Assembly: GCA_965204915.1 (NCBI GenBank)
Contig: OZ242023.1
Location: 1,138,840-1,202,839, forward strand
DNA: 64,000 nucleotides
Origin: Gammaproteobacteria bacterium
Lineage (GTDB): Bacteria > Pseudomonadota > Gammaproteobacteria > HK1
Direction: 5' to 3'
The notes under the pieces were generated by a model. It searched no databases. It was not told the DNA's origin and saw only the letters and a list, made by a program, of their open reading frames with translations. This document shows positions 60,184 through 64,000 of this stretch, piece after piece (positions within the stretch are counted from its first letter, which is position 1; every line of letters begins with the position of its first letter). The position numbers were made by a program, and so were the translations under genes.

Positions 60184-61542
60184 CTCAAGCGCGGCGAGAT
60201 GGACGAGGAGATCCTCTCCATCATCCTGTCCAACATCCGCATCGCGGACCAGCGCATCGGCGACATCGAGGCGCAGGCCGCCGCCCTTGCCGCCGGCGAG
60301 CGCCGCCTGACCGCCCTGCTCGACCGCTACGGCCGCGACACCGTCGAAGCCGGCATCGAAGAGCTCGAGGCGCGCGCGGAGCGGCAGATGCGCGCGCGTA
60401 TCGCCACCATCCCCGACGGCCGCTACCACGGGCGGGCCTGGGTGGACTCCGACGGCGTGGTCGACGAGCCCCTGACCGTCGACATGCGCATCGAGAAGCG
60501 GGGCACGGACCTCTTCTTCGACATGTCGGGGTCCAGCCCCCCCTGCGCCGGGCCCATGAACAGCGTCATCGCCACCACCCGCTCCTCGATCTACCTCGCG
60601 ATGAAGCACGTCTTCCCGGAAGTGCCGATCAACGCGGGCACGTTCGCGCCGCTGCACGTGGCGGACCCGGAAGGCACCTTCCTCTACGCGCGCTATCCGC
60701 GTCCGGTCTCCGGCTGCGCGGCGGAGGTGAGCCAGCGCATTGCCGAGGCGGTGTTCAACGCCCTCACCCCGGCCATTCCGGACCGGCTCTTCGGCGCCCC
60801 CGCCGGCACCAGCGGCAACTTCGCCCTCGGCGGCCACGACCCGGAGCGGAGCCGGGCCTACGTGATGTACGTGATCTCCGGCGGCGGCTACGGCGGCTCG
60901 CCGGCCGGCGACGGGATCTCGAACGGGTGCTCCACCATCGGCATCTCGAAGTCCACCCCGGTCGAGGTCTTCGAGCAGCACTACCCGGTGCTGTTCGAGG
61001 AGTACGCGCTGCACGAGGGGTCCGGCGGCGCGGGCGAGCACCGCGGCGGCTTCGGGCTGCGCTACCGGGTGAAGCTGCGGCGCGGGACGGCCAGCGCCTC
61101 CTTCGTGATGGACCACGGCCGCACCGGCCCCTTGGGCGCCCTGGGAGGCGAGGACGGCGGCGTCAACGTCGTGACCGTCACCCGCGGCGGGATCCCGTAC
61201 CGCCCGCCCCACCTCTCGAAGGACCAGGGGCTCGTGCTGCGCCCGGGCGACACCGTGGAGGTGCGCACCCCCGGCGGAGGCGGATATGGCCCGGCCGCCG
61301 CCCGTTCGCCGGAGCGGGTCGCGCGGGACGTGCGGCGCGGGTACTACACGGGGGAGCAGGCCCGCGAGCGGTTCCTGGTCTGCCTCTCGCCGGAGACGGG
61401 CGAGGTCGATGCCGCCGCCACCGCCGCGCTTCGGGACGCTGGTTCCGCTGCCCGCGCCGGTCCCGGTGGGGCTGGTCCCGCCGCTACCGCCGCGCTACGG
61501 GAGAGCCGCGGGGAATGTAGACTTTCACCCGTGAAATCCTGA
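60184..61542 (+). pseudogene. Hydantoinase B/5-oxoprolinase family gene, 5'-truncated
   Basis: Begins mid-domain (LKRGEMDEEI..NIR..GDIEAQ); GGGYGGS..DG, PVEVFEQHYP, SGGAGEHRGG, TPGGGGYG intact downstream. Confidence 0.78.
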
Positions 61543-62149
61543 GCAAAGTGACGAAGAATCGTTCGTCGACCGGCGGTTGGGTAGGCGCCGCCGGCCCTCT
61601 GGGAGCGGCGTGTCTCTTCGGACACGGGCGTCTCGCCCGCAAGTGGGCCGGAGGTCCGCCAGACAACAAAGCGGGCGGGGAGGTCCGCGTCCGGAAGATG
61701 CGTCGTCGGCAGGACGCGACGGCCTCGGGCGGCGCACCATCACGGCAGCCGCAAGTCTTGTAGTAGACAAGGGTCGGGATGCCCGAAAAGCCCGCGCCTC
61801 CGGCGCGTTGCGGGCGGGACGCCCGCGTTCCCAGGTTCATGACAGGCGCTTGGTTCCGGCTATGCCGGGTTGGGGACGAATTCATCGTCGGCGACCGGCA
61901 CGGCGGGCGATGGGGGCGGATTCGCCGCCAATGACCGGGCCGGCGGGCAACAGGGACGGATTCGCCGCCGGCGACCCGTCCGGCGCCGCCGGCTTCCGGA
62001 TCACTCCGGTCCGGACGTGACGGAAGGCGGTCTCCGGCCCGGCCGGACGCTCGCCCGCAGTGGCGGAAGCATGGGCCGGGAACGGAACGGAGCGGCCCGC
62101 GCCGAAACCTCCCCGGCGCGGCGGAGGGGAACGAGGCATCATTCCGGCC

Positions 62150-63085
62150 ATGGCCACGCATCGCGCCCTCATCATCGAAGACAGCCGCGAGATCGCCGAT
62201 CTCCTCAGGCTGCACCTGCGCGACGTCGGGTGCGAGGCGGACGTCGCCGCCGACGGGAAGCGCGGCCTGGCGCTCGCGGCCCGCGGGCGCTACGACCTCG
62301 TGGTGCTCGACCTGATGCTCCCGGAGATGGACGGCCTCGCGGTCTGCCGCGAGATCCGCACCCTGCCCGGCTACGTGCCGATCCTGATGCTCACCGCGAA
62401 GTCGACCGAGCTCGACCGCGTGCTCGGGCTGGAGATGGGCGCGGACGACTACCTCACCAAGCCCTTCAGCGTGCGCGAGCTCCAGGCGCGGGTGAAGGCG
62501 CTGTTCCGGCGCGTGGAGGCCCTCTCCTCCCAGGCGTCCGGCGCCGGGGATGCAGGCGCCGGCGAGACGATCGAACGGGGCGCGCTCAGGATCGAGACCG
62601 GCAAGCGCCGCGTGAGCATCGGCGGACGCGAGGTCGCCCTCACCGCCAGGGAGTTCGATCTGCTGACGCACTTCGCGCGCCGGCCGGGGCAGGTGTTCAA
62701 CCGCGCGCAGCTTCTCGACCAGGTCTGGGGCTACAACCACGAGGGGTACGAGCATACGGTGAACTCGCACATCAACCGCCTGCGGGCCAAGATCGAGCCC
62801 GATCCCTCCAAGCCGGAGTACGTCCTCACGGTGTGGGGGGTGGGCTACCGGTTCTCCGACCGCCTCGAGGACGGCGGGCCTGAAGGCGGTTTCGGCGGCG
62901 GCCCCGATAGCGGTCCCGGACACGGCTCCGATGGCGGTCCCGGCCGCGGCCCCGATGGCGGTCCCGGCCGCGGCCCCGATGGCGGTCCCGGACACGGCCC
63001 CGATGGCGGTCCCGGACACGGCCCCGATGGCGGTCCCGGACACGGCTCCAGTGACGATCCCGGCCGCGCCCCAGACGGTTCCTGA
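62150..63085 (+). CDS. OmpR-family response regulator with a 24-bp tandem-repeat C-terminal tail
   Basis: LIIED, LDLMLPEMDG, MLTAK, GADDYLTKPF, TVWGVGYRF; GGPG(R/H)GPD repeats at ~62900-63050. Confidence 0.95.
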   Translation: MATHRALIIEDSREIADLLRLHLRDVGCEADVAADGKRGLALAARGRYDLVVLDLMLPEMDGLAVCREIRTLPGYVPILMLTAKSTELDRVLGLEMGADDYLTKPFSVRELQARVKALFRRVEALSSQASGAGDAGAGETIERGALRIETGKRRVSIGGREVALTAREFDLLTHFARRPGQVFNRAQLLDQVWGYNHEGYEHTVNSHINRLRAKIEPDPSKPEYVLTVWGVGYRFSDRLEDGGPEGGFGGGPDSGPGHGSDGGPGRGPDGGPGRGPDGGPGHGPDGGPGHGPDGGPGHGSSDDPGRAPDGS

Positions 63086-63106
63086 GCGGCGGGCGGGCTC
63101 CCCGCG

Positions 63107-64000
63107 ATGTTCCGCACCCTCTACGCGAAGCTCTCGGTCGCCCTCGTCGCGATTGTTCTCGCCATCGGAGTCCTCTATGCGGTCTTCGCCCTCGTCACCA
63201 CCCGGCACTACCTGGAGGCGGCCGAGCAGCGCCTGAACCGCGATCTGGCCCGCGATCTGGTCGCCGACCGCAACCTGGTCGAGGAGGGGCGCATCAACGA
63301 GCCGGCGCTGAAGGAGCTGTTCCACGACTACATGGTCGTCAACCCGAGCATCGAGATCTACCTGCTGGATCTCGAAGGCCGGATCCTGTCGTTCTCCGCC
63401 GACCCCGGCGCCGTCAAGCGCAAGCACGTGTCGCTGGGGCCGGTGGGCGCGTTCCTCGCCGGCGAGGACGACTACCCCCTGCTCGGGGACGATCCGCGCA
63501 GCCACGACGGGCAGAAGGCGTTCTCCGTCACCGAGGTGCCGAACGAGCAGAGCCCGGAGGGCTACCTCTACGTCGTGCTCCTCGGAGAGCGCGTCGATTC
63601 GATCGCCGCGCTGCTGGACACCAGCCACATCGCGCGCTACAGCGGGTTCGCCCTGCTGGTGAGCCTCGGCGTGGGGGCGCTGGCCGGGCTGGTGGTGCTG
63701 CGCGCGATGACCCGCCGGCTGCGCCGCCTCACCGGCCACATCGACCAGTTCCGGGGCCAGTTCCGGGTGGAGGACTTCCGGGCCTCCGAGCCGTTCGAGC
63801 CCCCCGCGCCGGGCGACGGTGACGAGATCGCCCAGCTCGGGCGCGCATACGACGAGATGGCGGCCCGGATCCGCGAGCAGATCACGGCCCTGGAGAGGAC
63901 GGACGCGCTGCGCCGGGAGATGGTGGCGCACGTCTCGCACGATCTCCGCACCCCGCTCGCGACCCTGCACGGCTACATCGAGACGCTGAAGCTCAAGGAC
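63107..64000 (+). CDS. Sensor histidine kinase, partial at the window edge
   Basis: Two TM helices, HAMP (GDEIAQLGRAYDEM), H-box VSHDLRTPL. Confidence 0.93.
   Translation, partial: MFRTLYAKLSVALVAIVLAIGVLYAVFALVTTRHYLEAAEQRLNRDLARDLVADRNLVEEGRINEPALKELFHDYMVVNPSIEIYLLDLEGRILSFSADPGAVKRKHVSLGPVGAFLAGEDDYPLLGDDPRSHDGQKAFSVTEVPNEQSPEGYLYVVLLGERVDSIAALLDTSHIARYSGFALLVSLGVGALAGLVVLRAMTRRLRRLTGHIDQFRGQFRVEDFRASEPFEPPAPGDGDEIAQLGRAYDEMAARIREQITALERTDALRREMVAHVSHDLRTPLATLHGYIETLKLKD

Overview
Very GC-rich proteobacterial chromosomal window, probably gammaproteobacterial (recC-recB, dusA, nuoF-type fragment; inference). No rRNA, tRNA or CRISPR array was recognised. The left half is mostly transport and catabolism: purine-type BMP binding protein and PuuD urate hydroxylase, a sulfonate/nitrate-type ABC system with a large PHP-like hydrolase and a Crp/Fnr regulator, rhodanese, DusA, a PLP decarboxylase, RecC/RecB without an adjacent recD, an Ldh2-family dehydrogenase, MFS, amidase and a polar amino acid ABC system. 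About 33.6-37.4 kb and 43.2-60.2 kb are accessory or defence-like mosaics. They contain an Rpn nuclease with repeated internal starts, a DUF1998 helicase remnant, a decayed BrnT/CopG pair, VapBC, BrnT/BrnA, an AAA/PD-(D/E)XK protein, an ABC-type ATPase plus small PD-(D/E)XK nuclease pair, and a type ISP restriction-modification remnant. The most striking element is two paralogous HEPN(RxxxxH)-CBS fusion genes flanking a secreted Sel1-repeat trypsin-like protease, a candidate undescribed nucleotide-sensing RNase system. Also present: two copies of a ~170 bp MITE with 17-bp terminal inverted repeats, 7-bp target duplications and an internal spacer inverted between copies; two REP-like palindrome families, some read in frame inside RecB; and many in-frame tandem-repeat expansions in core proteins. 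All family assignments come from motif reading by eye; no searches were run.
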